A stretch of 64,000 nt of DNA from Vicugna vicugna (taxonomy: Eukaryota). Made by a program: the position numbers and the translations under genes. A model generated the notes under the pieces. The model saw only the letters and a program-made list of their open reading frames with translations, was not told the origin of the DNA and made no database searches. Every line of letters begins with the position of its first letter. Position 1 is the first letter of the stretch. Of this stretch, positions 1 to 11,953 are shown piece after piece. Location: assembly GCA_013265495.1 (NCBI GenBank), contig MU058844.1, positions 2,335,520-2,399,519 on the forward strand. The letters run 5' to 3'.

Positions 1-285
1 AGAGATGTACCTGAAATGAACAGCCACTTAGGAAAATAAAACAATATGAAAACTATAAAGAGAAACTTGTAGAAGAGTGATGTTCACAGGAAAGTAGTTA
101 TCTGTCTTTGTCTTAAACAGAGATGTAACTGAAGTATATTTACTAATGACAAATTAACTGAAAAATCAGCAGACATTATACTTACTAGCTGCCTAATACA
201 TACTTACATCTGATGCCTGGAGCTACAACAATGGACAAGACAGTTCCTACCATCAAAAAAACAAACAAAAAAATACACTGTAGGG

Positions 286-399
286 CAGTGTTCCTCCAAA
301 TGTAGTTATGGACCAGAGGAACCAGGAGCAGAATCATCAGTAGTCCCCTTCAGCCCTATTGTGTAAGAATCTTTTGGGCAGGTCCCAGTATCTACATTT
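286..399 (+). mobile_element. MER5A-like hAT-Charlie MITE, 5' part (split by an L1 insertion)
   Basis: Starts CAGTGTTCCTCCAAATGTAG, resembling the MER5 TIR, and follows the MER5A layout up to CCCAGTATCTACATTT. The remainder resumes after 1790. Confidence 0.55.
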
Positions 400-1789
400 T
401 TTCCCCTAAAAACAGACAATCTTATAACAATTGATTCAGGTGTACAGAAAACTTGGGAAGATACTACAGAAAGTCCCCATATACACCTTACATACTTTCC
501 CCATTATGCCTCTTACATTAATATGGTGTGTTTGTTACAATTAATGAACCAATGTTGATGCACTATTATTAAGACCATACTTTATTCAGAATTCTTTAGT
601 TTTTCCTTCATATCCTTTATCTGATCCAGGATCCAGCATTGCATTTAATTGTCATATCCCCTTAGGCTCCTCTTGGCAGGGAATATTTCTTTAACTTTTT
701 AAAATTCTTGATGACCTTCATAATTTTGAGGCGTACTGGTTAAGTATTACATACAATGTACTGACACTAGCACGTTAAGAATTTATCTGATGTTGTTCCC
801 ATAAGTAGATTGAGGTTATAGGTTTTGGGAAAGGAAATTGGAGAGATAAATTTCCATTTTCATCACAGATCCAGGGCACATATGATCAACATTATTTATG
901 ACTGATGTTGATCTTGATCACCTGGCTGGGGTCGTGTTTATCAGGTTTATTCACTGTAAAGGTACTCTTTCCCCCTCTTTCCGTACTGTACTCTTTGGGA
1001 GGAAGTTTCTATGCTCATGCCACACTTAACGTTCATAACTCCCCTTAAGGCAGAGTATCTACATCAATTATTTGAAATTCTTATACGTAGAAGATTTGTC
1101 TGTTCTCTCCTATTTTAATACTTTAATCAAGCATTTATTTATATCAGTATGCATTCATAATTTTTTTTTATACTTTGGACTATAATCTAATGCTACTTTA
1201 TTCTGTTTGTGCAAATCATTTCAGCTTTGGCCACTGGGAGCTTCTTCAATTGTCTTCTATGTCCCATAGTCTCTATTAACATGTTTTTTGTTTCTGTTTT
1301 GTCTTTGTTTTTGTTTTTAGCATTTCCTTACTTTCTGGCACTATGAGTTGCTTGGGGTTCACCTTTCCTGCCCCAACTGTATAATCAGCCATTTCTCTGA
1401 GATACCATGTTTCTTTTTTTTATGGGAAAATGGCATTTGACACCAATATCTCTGTGGTAGTTGCGTTCATTGCATCTGGGGTGTCATTCTTTTAGGTACT
1501 CTCAGCTAACAGAGGACAAAAATATGTATGTATATACATATATCCATAAGTATTCTAATATGTAACTATCTGTGCTAACTGTATTAAGCTAAACATGAGC
1601 TTTTCCCAATGTCTCCAACTTGATTCCAGCACACATGAGTCAGTCTTGCCTCTTCTCCTTGCTTACCTGTAAATTCCTACCCAGCAGTAAGAAACCTGGT
1701 TCCTACCATCCACCATCCATTTCTTTAGTTGTTTAACTCCACTATTCATTTATAGCAGTATCAGAGTTGTTAATCTATACTCCCACCTC
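400..1789 (-). mobile_element. Old LINE-1 3' end (L1MC/L1MD class)
   Basis: Antisense L1M 3'UTR motifs (TTTGTTACAATTAATGAACCAATGTTGATGCACTATTATTAA; CCTTAGGCTCCTCTTGGC; TTGATCACCTGGCTG). Flanked by CTACATTT at 392-399 and 1790-1797. Confidence 0.75.
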
Positions 1790-1845
1790 CTACATTTCTT
1801 AGCAAGCTTTTCAAGTACTTACGCACATCAATGTGATAATGGGTT
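1790..1845 (+). mobile_element. MER5A-like MITE, 3' part
   Basis: TTAGCAAGCTTTTCAAGTACTTACGCACATCAATGTGATAA resembles the MER5A 3' end and continues the element begun at 286. Confidence 0.4.
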
Positions 1846-2125
1846 AATCACATTGAATAAATAATTTCTGAATGTAGTTATATGCACCTTTTTGTCCTTT
1901 TATAAGATAAAAAAAATCTGTCTCCTTAAAAGATCATAATTTTGCATTTTTTATATTTTAAATATTTAATACTGAGTATTAAAATTGAATGTAGTTTATA
2001 TTAACTTCAATTTTGAGACTAATCAGTAATAAAAAGGAAGTAAATAGCCATAGCAACAATCACACTAATCATTTTGTTTGTTAATATCAAGTATTTCATC
2101 TCTGTTTGTTAATAACAAGTAATAG

Positions 2126-2652
2126 TCCATCAACAGGTGACTGGATAAAGAAGATGTGGTATATTTATACAATGGAATACTACTCAGCCATAAAAACCGA
2201 CAACATAATGTCATTTGCAGCAACATGGATGCTCCTAGAGAATGTCATTCTAAGTGAAGTAAGCCAGAAAGAGAAAGAAAAATACCATATGAGATCGCTC
2301 ATATGTGGAATCTAAAAAACAAAAACAAACAAACAAACAAACAAAAACAAAGCATAAATACAGGACAGAAATAGACTCATGGACAGAGAATACAGACTTG
2401 TGGTTACCGGGGTGGGGGGCGGGGTAGAGGGTGGGAAGGGATAGACTGGGGTTTCAAAATTGTAGAATAGATAAACAAGATTACACTGTATAGCACAGGG
2501 AAATATACACAAAATGTTATGATAAATCACAGAGAAAAAAATGTGACAATGAGTGTGTATATGTCCATGAATGACTGAAAAATTGTGCTGAACACTGGAA
2601 TTTGACACAACACTGTAAAATGATTATGAATCAATAAAAAATGTAAAAAAAA
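2126..2652 (+). mobile_element. Young 5'-truncated LINE-1 (ORF2 tail, 3'UTR, polyA)
   Basis: Encodes [23 protein letters not shown]...HMRSLICGI* (ORF2p C-terminus), then a G-rich 3'UTR, AATAAA and an A-tail. 15-bp TSD AATAACAA(G/C)TAATAG at 2111-2125 and 2653-2667. Confidence 0.96.
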
Positions 2653-2799
2653 AATAACAACTAATAGATTTCTCACCTTGAATGACAATAGTTGATATTG
2701 TCTGCCTCTGCAGACTCTACTTATTAATACAAGTAAATGCAATTCATTAGAAAATGTAAAAATATGAGCAATTCACTGCCTCACAGAAGAAATACCTGC

Positions 2800-3270
2800 A
2801 TCAAGCTTTAGGATTTAGCTATCAGTGACCTATGTAAACTAGCTTAATGGGGAAAAAAAGGTGGAGGTGGTTTAGATTAGGGTTATCTCATGGAATTCAA
2901 CGAAGGAAGTCCGGCAGGGCTCAGAGACATGCTGAAAAGAGAAACTGCCAGGCCCTCTTGATTTTAGTTTTCACATCTCTGTTTTCCTCTATGTACCTTC
3001 TTAATTTGTCCCTCTTGGCCTCTCTGGTTCACATGTCTGAAAAAAAAAAAACAAAAACTTCTTTGCTCTTGTACTATGCTTCCTTTACTGTGTTAGTTAC
3101 CCAAAAACAATAGTATCTTCTAGGTACACATTCTCAATCTGAGACTCACAGTGGATTCTGATTTAATCAATAAAGGCTGTAAGAAAAAGGTATGTACTGA
3201 CCTAAATGGAAGTTGGTCATTGAGGAGGAAACAGGATAAAGAAATGGTAGCTGTGACTGGGCAGTATCTC
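2800..3270 (-). mobile_element. Degenerate MaLR/ERVL-type LTR fragment
   Basis: Weak similarity to the antisense layout of old MLT1-type LTRs (AAACTAGCTTAA...TCTCATGGAATTCAA...CTCTGTTTTCCTCTATGT...GATTCTGATT). Confidence 0.35.
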
Positions 3271-5879
3271 CAAAAGTGTCTGCTACAAAGCTTAATAAGA
3301 CATTGAACATGGAGCTCTGTTCATCAATAAAGTAGTACTTCTGGCTAGTCCAAAATGATTGGTTGATTTCTACCTTCTGAAGGTTAGTAGGTATATTGTC
3401 TGAACCATTTGTCTGGCATATTATTTTTTCCAATATCTTTTTGTTTAATTCCTGAAACATTATATTCATCATTCTTGATTAGTCATATCCAGGGCTATCC
3501 TCTCCATATGCACTGAATCACTACTCCCAAACATCTATCTGGGAGTGAGAACTGTTCCTCTCTGAGTTCTCAAAGATGAAAAAATTGCCCAGTGTGATAC
3601 CTTACTATGTGCCTTATCCCAAAGGACAATATCCCTGCCTTATCATGCTTTTCAAAACTCACATTTTCTACTCCTGGAACATTTACTGATCATGAAGTTG
3701 CCATCATTCCAATACCTTGGAGATTCAGAGATCCCAGCTAAACTCAGTGAATATCTAAAGAGAATAAAGTAAAGGTCAACACAGGCACAGCACAATACCT
3801 GTGTAAATACACCTTTACAATTACTTTTCTCACTTGAGGCAATGTTTTGTAATTGAATCCCTCAAGTGAGAGAAGAATTAGCCTGAGTGGTTTACAAGTT
3901 AAAGTACACACTTCAGGAGTTAATGAAATGTGAAGAACACATATACTTTTCCACAGCATGTTTAAAGAAAAAAGTCTACATTGCTCTGACTCATCAAAAG
4001 ATAATGCAAACTTATTTTCCTATCTCCCATTTGACTTGAAAAAAAAAAATCAAGTGCTATAGAAGTTATATAATGTCTTCTTATGTGCCTAAAAAAAGAT
4101 CTCCTCACTTCTTATACCTTTTCTTTCTTTAATTTCTAGAGTTTACCCGGTTCTAAGACAAGTAAGATGGCATACTTACTATCAAACAACAGAGCTGTAC
4201 TATTAAATCACACATGCCTGGTTTCTCGATATTAGACCCATAGTCACAGTAATGCGTTCACACAAAGCATGCTGGCTTTAAAGGTTTTATTGTTGAGCCT
4301 CCTTGCTTTGCTAACATTCCTTCTGAGCCCTTGGACACCATCAAGATTCATCCATTTAATGTCAAGTTAATTTATTAATTTCACAACTCATTCTTAAGGA
4401 CAGGGGTCCCTAAGGATGATGCTCTCTTGAAATTAACACTAGACTGATACATAAATACATAGTCATCAAAACTGGAACAACTTAAAACCAATTTGGAACT
4501 ACCTACAGAGAAAGTGAGAAAAAGAGGTGAGAGTGGGGAAGTAATAAAAAATTTCCTTTCCAAAATAACAGGAGTTAAAAATCTGCATAGCTGTGCATGG
4601 AATATATTACTTACATCCATTTTTAAGTCTGAGTACAGTGAATCATATGGGTGGACGATTTTGCTGGCAGCAAATACAGAACAGCCTTAAGGCAGCAAGT
4701 ACATGCGAAATAATAAGTCCAAGGGGAACATAGTAATGGTTACATATGGCCACCAGCCTTAAGACTGTTAACGGTGAGACCAAAAGCAGTATCAATTTTA
4801 AAAATTAATACTTGTTAAATTAAACATACTTTACAAAATTTTTTTTAATATGAGAGCCAAAATACTATGAATTCATTGGTATTGGCAACTATGATAAGAT
4901 AAAATTTTAAAAGAAGCATACAACCAAAAGTAATAAAGATAGAAATATATTTCTAACCGTGTTTATAGAGTTCCCAAACATTAAAGAAAGGAAAGGTGGT
5001 GAAAAGTGGGGGAAATCTCTATTTTAGGCATATATGAATATATTATGTAACTACTGAAGAATTGAAATTTTTACATTTGCATATAGTGTCACTTGCCAGA
5101 AGCAGATATTTTATGCATAACCACAGATGGAAGCTGTTAGCTGAGATTTTGTCTTTAGTTTATCATCGTCATTAGATATTAATTGGAATAGATTGGTATC
5201 TACCTGCCGGCTTTCACAAGAAGAAAAGTACAAAGTGAATCAGTTTTCAGATCACAGTTCAAGGATATAAGTATAAGGGTATAATGGGTATAAGGAGAAC
5301 AAGACACATTATGGGAAATATTCGGCATATATTCTTTAATGTTAAATTGGCTATACTTGATTTATTGCAGAGTGTTTAAAGAGAAAATCTGATACTCCAA
5401 GAAGCCAAAGTCAGGAATGTGTAAGAGATAAGAATTCACCATGCTCTTGTACCAGATCTGAGATAATCCTCCTGAAAATCTACCAAAATGGAGGCAAGAG
5501 AGAAAACTGGCTCCAACATTTCAAAACTAAGCTCCCTCCCTCTGAATTTTAGCAACCTCAGAAATGTTTGCAAATTGAAATTCACAAACATCCTTTGTTA
5601 AGGATTTGTTCACATTATAGTATGTATTATGTATATTCATTGTATTCACATATTGGAAGACAGAACGCTTTTTGAGAAGACTGCCCTATGCCTCAGCTTT
5701 TACCTTCAGAGTGTTTAGTGTCTTCTATTTATTATCTGATATTTAAACAATCTCAGTGTAATGGGAAGGGGATTTAGGATTTTTAAGAATTTAAAAGAAT
5801 GAAAATTAATGCACAATAAGTGGAGAAGGAGGATATGTTACTGTTATTTGTCTTCTGGTTTTACATAGTTACTTGAAGG

Positions 5880-6040
5880 AATTTGCTTCAGAAAGTCTAG
5901 ATTCTGACCCCAGTTCCATCACTTTCATGCACGTCAATGCCGCTTCTTTAGTCTGCGTCATTTAGATGCTAAATTCTATACATCTCAAGGTTCTTAGGAG
6001 GATCCAGTGAGATTATAAACTATGACGCATCATTCAGACT
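5880..6040 (+). mobile_element. MIR SINE fragment
   Basis: TCAGAAAGTCTAGATTCTGACCCCAGTTCCATCACT...CTCAAGGTTCTTAGGAGGATCCAGTGAGAT follows the MIR core layout. Confidence 0.5.
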
Positions 6041-8569
6041 GCATGTGAAAAATCATTTCTCGAGCCTCATGCCCAGGTTAGAGAAGAGATAGGAGAGAAG
6101 AGTACAGTCAGAACAAGGAGCACTGCTCCAGATTATGGGGGGAGGAGAGACGACATAGAGAAGAAAACTCTCACACACCACTTGTCATCAAAGTGCCATT
6201 TTCCAAATGGCTTCTTCTTTCTTCCTCTGGCAGGAGTTGACACAGATAGACCAAAACTCATTTTTCATTTCCTTGAGGGTAGGTGTGGGTAAATGTAGTT
6301 CTTAAAGAGAGAAGGCAGAGAAGCATGATCGATTGACGTATTTAGGAAGCTTCTCTGGTCAAATCTGCCTACAGGGAGAAAACAATGGGCAATTCTGGCA
6401 GTTCTATACACCTCTCAAATATAAGTTCTTTGCAATGAACTTTGCAATGAATAAAGTAAGGCAATGGATTCCTTTTATACAATAATATAAATAATCATCC
6501 TCTAATTTTTTCTAAGGCTTAAGTTTTTGAACATTGGCTTTATTAAATGAACCAAAAAGTATCAAGTGTATTCTTGGTATGACTGGTCAGTAAGTGAGAG
6601 AGAGAGACTAAAGGAGATTAAGGACAGCCTCTCCTTGAAGAATTTGCAATCCTTTTTAGAAAAAAAGACAAACATACAGACAACAAACAAAATGAAAGTC
6701 ACACAAAGCTATATATATTATTTTCCAAGCACCAAATTATATGATATTGGGTCTGGCATGCCAGAAATATGAAAGGAAAAGATAAGATATGGCAAAGAAC
6801 TCTGGTCCATGTAATTCCTAAAACAGGGAAGGAACTTATAAATCATCTACATAAACCCTTGTTTTATATACAAAGAGACTTCAAGCTTATAATGTGGCTA
6901 AAGCTAAAAGTGACCCAGAACTGGAATCATAATTTTCAACATCTTAGGCACCTAAACAAACTGACCTTGGCAGTGAAAGATGAGCAGGCTTTGGATAACG
7001 AGAAGAATGAGGGTTTTAGGCAAGCAGTGGTGTAAACTGTTGATAGAATAGTTTTAGGGACTATCTTGTATCACATCAATAGATCTATTATGCAAGTAGT
7101 TTTACTGATTTAAGGTTTTATTGATATTAAAAAGAACTTTAACACGTTGCAAAGCCCTCAAATAAGTATTTTCTAGATTACAAAATGAGGATTATTTGAC
7201 CATGCAAAGAAAGCTATTTTATGCTTTTATCTTTTACAAACCTGTAAGAGTAGATGACAGAAACATCAGTAGCCTTACAACCAATGTTTTTGACTGAGGA
7301 AAAATGATTGTGAATTATATGTTTGGAGACTGAATTTCCAACCCTCAGTCTACCATAAACAGGCAGTACACCCTTAATATTATCATCTGAAAAAAACGGG
7401 TAGATAATCTCAGATTCCCTGAGTCATCATTCAGACTTTATGAATGGAAGTTTGTTTGGATGACAGAGAAGAGTCACTTGTGAGCTAATATTTGAAGAAA
7501 GAACAATGCAATAGAAATCTTAAATCCTTACTTTATATTCCTCAGACTAGTTTTTCTCTTTGGTTTTAATTGTTTAAATTACTGCAACTTTGACATTGCT
7601 TTCATTGATTTTCTATTGATTCAGGAAACATTTATTTATTAGCACATACTCCAGATCAAACATTGTGAAATGTACTAAAAATATGGAGCTGAAAGGCAGT
7701 CATTTCATTAAATAAAGGGATAATTAAGGTATAAAAAGGGCATCTTTTATGATCTATTATACCTAAGCTACCTTAGATGTAATTTAATTTCATTCTCATC
7801 AAAATCTATAAATTATTACATTCATAGAAGAGGAACTGAAACAGTACCTAGTATAAAGTCACACAAAGCTAGAGAGAAGAAATGTATGACATATAATGCA
7901 AACAGAAAAATGGTTTTATATTTTTTAAAAAGTCTTTGAAAAGGTCATCTTCATATTCTCATCTAATGTTGCATTCAAACTTACGAAATTTACAAATGCA
8001 ATTTAAACTTTTCAAAAAATTCACTGAAAATGGTTCACACAAAGAAATGTTTATATTTAAATGAACTATCTGAAAATAAACAAGTGCATTTTACTTATTC
8101 TCTCAATTGTTTTTTGGAGAGACTTCTGCTTAGGGAAGTGAGTAAGCTCTCACAGTGCACTGTATAAATGGAAACTATTCATTTATACATTTAAAAAAAA
8201 ACACAAAGAAAAATAGAATAGTGACTGCAAGTTTAATTAGCACAAAGCTGTTTAGCCTTTGGTCCTGTGCTCTGACTGACAAACTCTTAGTCATCCTTGA
8301 AGACCCATCTCAAATGCATCCCCTATTCAATTGTCAACACATTTTATTATGAGTCATATTGCTGCGTTAGATGATGAAAAAAACAAGATGAAAAGATAAG
8401 TTCCTTGACCTCAAGATGTTACTGTTCTATAAAAGAGAGCGATATCAAGAAAATAATTAAAATATAATGCAGAAGTTGCTTGAGTCTTATGTATTAGTTG
8501 GGGAAAAAAAGCTACTTTTAATTACCCAAATATGAATACTTAACATAAGGAAATATAAGTTAAAAATTA

Positions 8570-8973
8570 TTGGGCAGTCTGGTAGACATTCTCCTTCAAA
8601 AAACTTCTGCAGATATTTGGGTTTGCAAACAGCTTCCAGCTGTCAGCTCTTTAAGGTCTGTTTCAGTTTTGAGGCCCACCTCCACCCTCACCCAAGGTCA
8701 TGACATACCTAGAACAGCCACCTCTGGTACCTGAGCCAAGAGTGGTTATACAGCTGAGCTGTTTTAACCCAATGTAGAACACCTTTAATACTCAACAACT
8801 CCTCCAGATCTCCCTATCAACTTGGCTAAAACTTTTTCAGGTCTTTGTCACAACCTGACTTTTATTTTCCCTATATTGCTTCTTCCCTTGTCCTTGCACA
8901 GTGGATCTGTGATAAACATCTCACATCCCAAATACAGTCTCAGTGTTTGATTCTGGAAAATCCCTACCTGGAT
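8570..8973 (+). mobile_element. ERVL solo LTR, LTR16-like
   Basis: Motifs CAGCTGTCAGC, CTCACCCAAGGTCA and GCTTCTTCCCTT, a degenerate polyA signal GATAAACATCTC, and the end TCTCAGTGTTTGATTCTGGAAAATCCCTACCT resemble LTR16. Confidence 0.65.
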
Positions 8974-9179
8974 AGAAGGACTGGGGCATGTGAAGTCAGA
9001 AAATTTGCTGCAGAGGATGTTGGTGGGCAACACCAAAGCCCGCTTTTCTGTCTTCATATCCCCATTGACACTGCTCTGAAAAAGTTACTAATGACTTCCT
9101 GAATCCAACGAGCTTCTTCCAGTCCTGTATTTAACTTGGTGATCATTCCTTTTTCTCAAAACTCTCTCTTCCCTTGCAA

Positions 9180-9390
9180 GGGTGGTTTAAGTGTGTGGAT
9201 TATAAACTCAGACTCCAGTCCCATCTCTGCTATCCATCAACTGTGAGACATTCGGTGCTTTAGTTAGTCTCTTTGTGCCTCAGTTTCCAGTCTATAAAAT
9301 GGTATTAATCATGGTACTGACTTCACAAAGCTGTTGTGAAGATTAAATGTTTAGATGAGTGCCTGTCACACAGTAATCACTATATGTGTC
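9180..9390 (+). mobile_element. MIR SINE
   Basis: Core CTCTTTGTGCCTCAGTTTCC...TATAAAATGG...GTTGTGAAGATTAAATG and 3' GTGCCTGTCACACAGTAA. Confidence 0.8.
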
Positions 9391-9399
9391 CTTTTACTT

Positions 9400-11072
9400 A
9401 TATCCTGTTACACCACTGTATCTGTTTCTCCTTCTTCCTCTGACAGTTCCTTCTAAGCCCATTCCCTTTCTCTTTCGTAGTGCCCCAGTCACTACCTTAA
9501 ATCTTGATGCCATCTTTCTTTGACTTTCTTTTTTTTATTTAAACCATCTGACAAATGCTTAGTTTAAGTCCAGATTTCTCCTGAGTAGCAGATCCATATT
9601 TTCAACTCTCTGCTGAATACCTACATCTTAATGTCCATAGGCATTGAAACTCAACACATCTTAATTTATCTTTCTCCTCTCAAAAAAGAACACAAGACAA
9701 GACAAAGTGAATGGTACCACTGAACGTATGTATACTTAAGGGTCCAAGTCAAAAGAATAGAAACAATTCCTAACATTTTTCTCCACTGATATTTGTTTTT
9801 TCCTGAGAGCATACAGAGTTAAATATATATATATATTCCTTAGCATCCTTTGGATTTCTCCCCTCCTCTCTATATTCACTGCTAGTCCCATTTCCTTAAT
9901 TTATTTTTAAAAATCTTTTGTTTGTTTATGTTTTTACAGTATTACGAACATCATTGGCTCCTAACTGGTCATCCTTAGTCTAATCAATCAATCACTTTCT
10001 CCAATCCATTCCCCATACTGTAGTCTGTACGAGTTTTTCTGAAATGAACATCTCTTCCTGTCACTCTCTTACTCAAGTTCTTTGTTTGTTCACCTATATC
10101 CTTGAGATTGAAAAACACTTAAATCTTTTATATGGCATAAAATACCCTTCATAACCTATCCCATATTAACAGCTCCATCATTTTAGTTAACCTTCCATCT
10201 CTATGCTCCAATCAATTTAAAGAACTTACAGTTCTCCAAGGGCTATTCAATCATTTACATATATTCTTCTATTCACCTGAAATACTACTTCTACCATCAA
10301 CTCTCCCGTATCAGTTTACTTCAGTATTTGTTGAAGAACCACAAAGTCTGAGTAGTCTTTATTTACACAACTGGGATCCAGCTAGGAGTTAGTTTACTTA
10401 GGCCGGGCTCTTCTCTCTGGGCTTGCCTCTCATCCTTCTCCCTGGGCTTGTGGGCTGTCCTGCAGGCATGTTCTTCCACAGTGATGGCAGAAGTGGGAAA
10501 GAGGATGTGGAAACATGAAAGACCCCTTATGGTACAGCTTGGAACTGCACTACCATAAATTCTGCCTATAATGGCCAAAACAAATTATATGTAGATATCC
10601 AGAGTCAGTGGCAGGGGCTGGGGATGGAGAATATATCCTGCCACTTTTGTGAGAGGAATGGAAAGTAATACGGCCAAAAGTGTGAGTATGGGAGGAGTGC
10701 ATTTTTGGAGGGGCCAGTACTGCAACTGACAATACCTCACCCCCTGCTTGCTCTGATGGTTCTGTAGGTTGCATTTCAGCCATCGCCTCTTCCAGATGTC
10801 CTCACCTGACTTTAGCTTGCTTTTGGTGCTCCTCTGTGCTTCCCTAGTTGCCTGTGCATGCCTATATCTGTCATCACAGGCAACTTTGTAATTGTGATTT
10901 CCAATATCTATCTTTTTTTCTTTCTATTATACTGAAGATTCCTTCAGGGTAACAATTGTGTTTTGAATTTATTTCCACCCACTTATCTAGAACATATGTA
11001 TTGAATAATGGTTTACTGTATTACTGAATACCTGAATACATAAGTGACTGAATGAAAGAGTGAATGAATGAA
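9400..11072 (+). mobile_element. L2 LINE 3' region (interrupted by an MLT1 LTR)
   Basis: L2 motifs (CCAGATTTCTCCTGAG..CAGATCCATATTTTCAAC; GGCTCCTAACTGGTC; TCCAATCCATTCCCCATACTG) ending in a (TGAA)n tail at about 11048-11072. Confidence 0.7.
10308..10735 (-). mobile_element. MaLR LTR (MLT1H/J-like)
   Basis: Antisense MLT1 motifs GGCATGTTCTTC..AGTGATGGCAGAAG, GGAAACATGAAAGACCCCTTA, CTTGGAACTGCAC, GGCCAAAACAAATTATATG. Confidence 0.7.
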
Positions 11073-11726
11073 TATTGCAAGGAAAAGGTGGTAATGGCCT
11101 GAACCAGAGCAGTGTCAGTGAGAATAGGTAATTAATGTAAGCCATGTTTAGGAGGTACAATTATCTGATCTCGGTGACTAATTATAGGAGAAAGGGGACT
11201 AAAGGTAAACAAGACATTTGAGATATCTCACAGATATAGGATAGAGCAATTGAGAAAATTAAGGGCCATTCACCAGGATAAAAAAATTAGAAGGAAAGCA
11301 AATATTGGAAAGGAAAAAATACAGTTTTATATATGATACATAACCCTTTATTTCAGAATATGGAGATCTTACAATTAAACTAGGAGGTATTCCAAATGTA
11401 CATTTGGAGAAAAATTTTATGCATATTATGGTGTTACACATAGGAATATATATTTCAGAAGAGACTCACATACTGAGAAAAAAGAAAGACAATTCAGCTT
11501 AAGATTCTAAGCAGAAGATTCAAGACTTCAAGACTAGTAGTACCTACCATGAGTAATAATGGAATATTAGGCAACCCTGAATATCACTGCCACCTCATTT
11601 TCCAAATCAGTAAACTGGGGACAAAACTTGTATCTCTGATCTGTCTCTAGTTAAAATAAGACAATAAATTGCAAAGCACATAGTCTAGCAAACAACAAAT
11701 GGCACATAAATATTTTATAACACTCT

Positions 11727-11953
11727 ATCACAGTTTCTCAATCTCATTTGACATTTTGAGCTAGACCATTCTTTGTTGGAGGTAGGGAGGGTTGTCCTGT
11801 GCATTTTAGAATGTTTAATAGCATCTCTGGCTTTTATCCACTAGATGCCAGTAGCATCCCTGATTGTTACAAGAAAGAATGTCACCAGACATTAGAAGAT
11901 GTCCCTTGGGGAGGGGAGGTATGCCAAACCACTCCCAGCTGAGAACCATCACT
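11727..11953 (-). mobile_element. MER20 hAT-Charlie MITE
   Basis: Reverse complement matches MER20 along its length: TGTCCTGTGCATT..AGAATGTTTAATAGCATCTCTGGC..CCACTAGATGCCAGTAGCA..CCAGACATT..TGAGAACCA. Confidence 0.88.

Noticed and set aside
6428..6451. Short tandem duplications (CTTTGCAATGAA x2; also about 51560-51601 and 55163-55203)
   Set aside because: Two-copy slippage duplications without a repeat-spacer array; common in mammalian DNA and not CRISPR-like.
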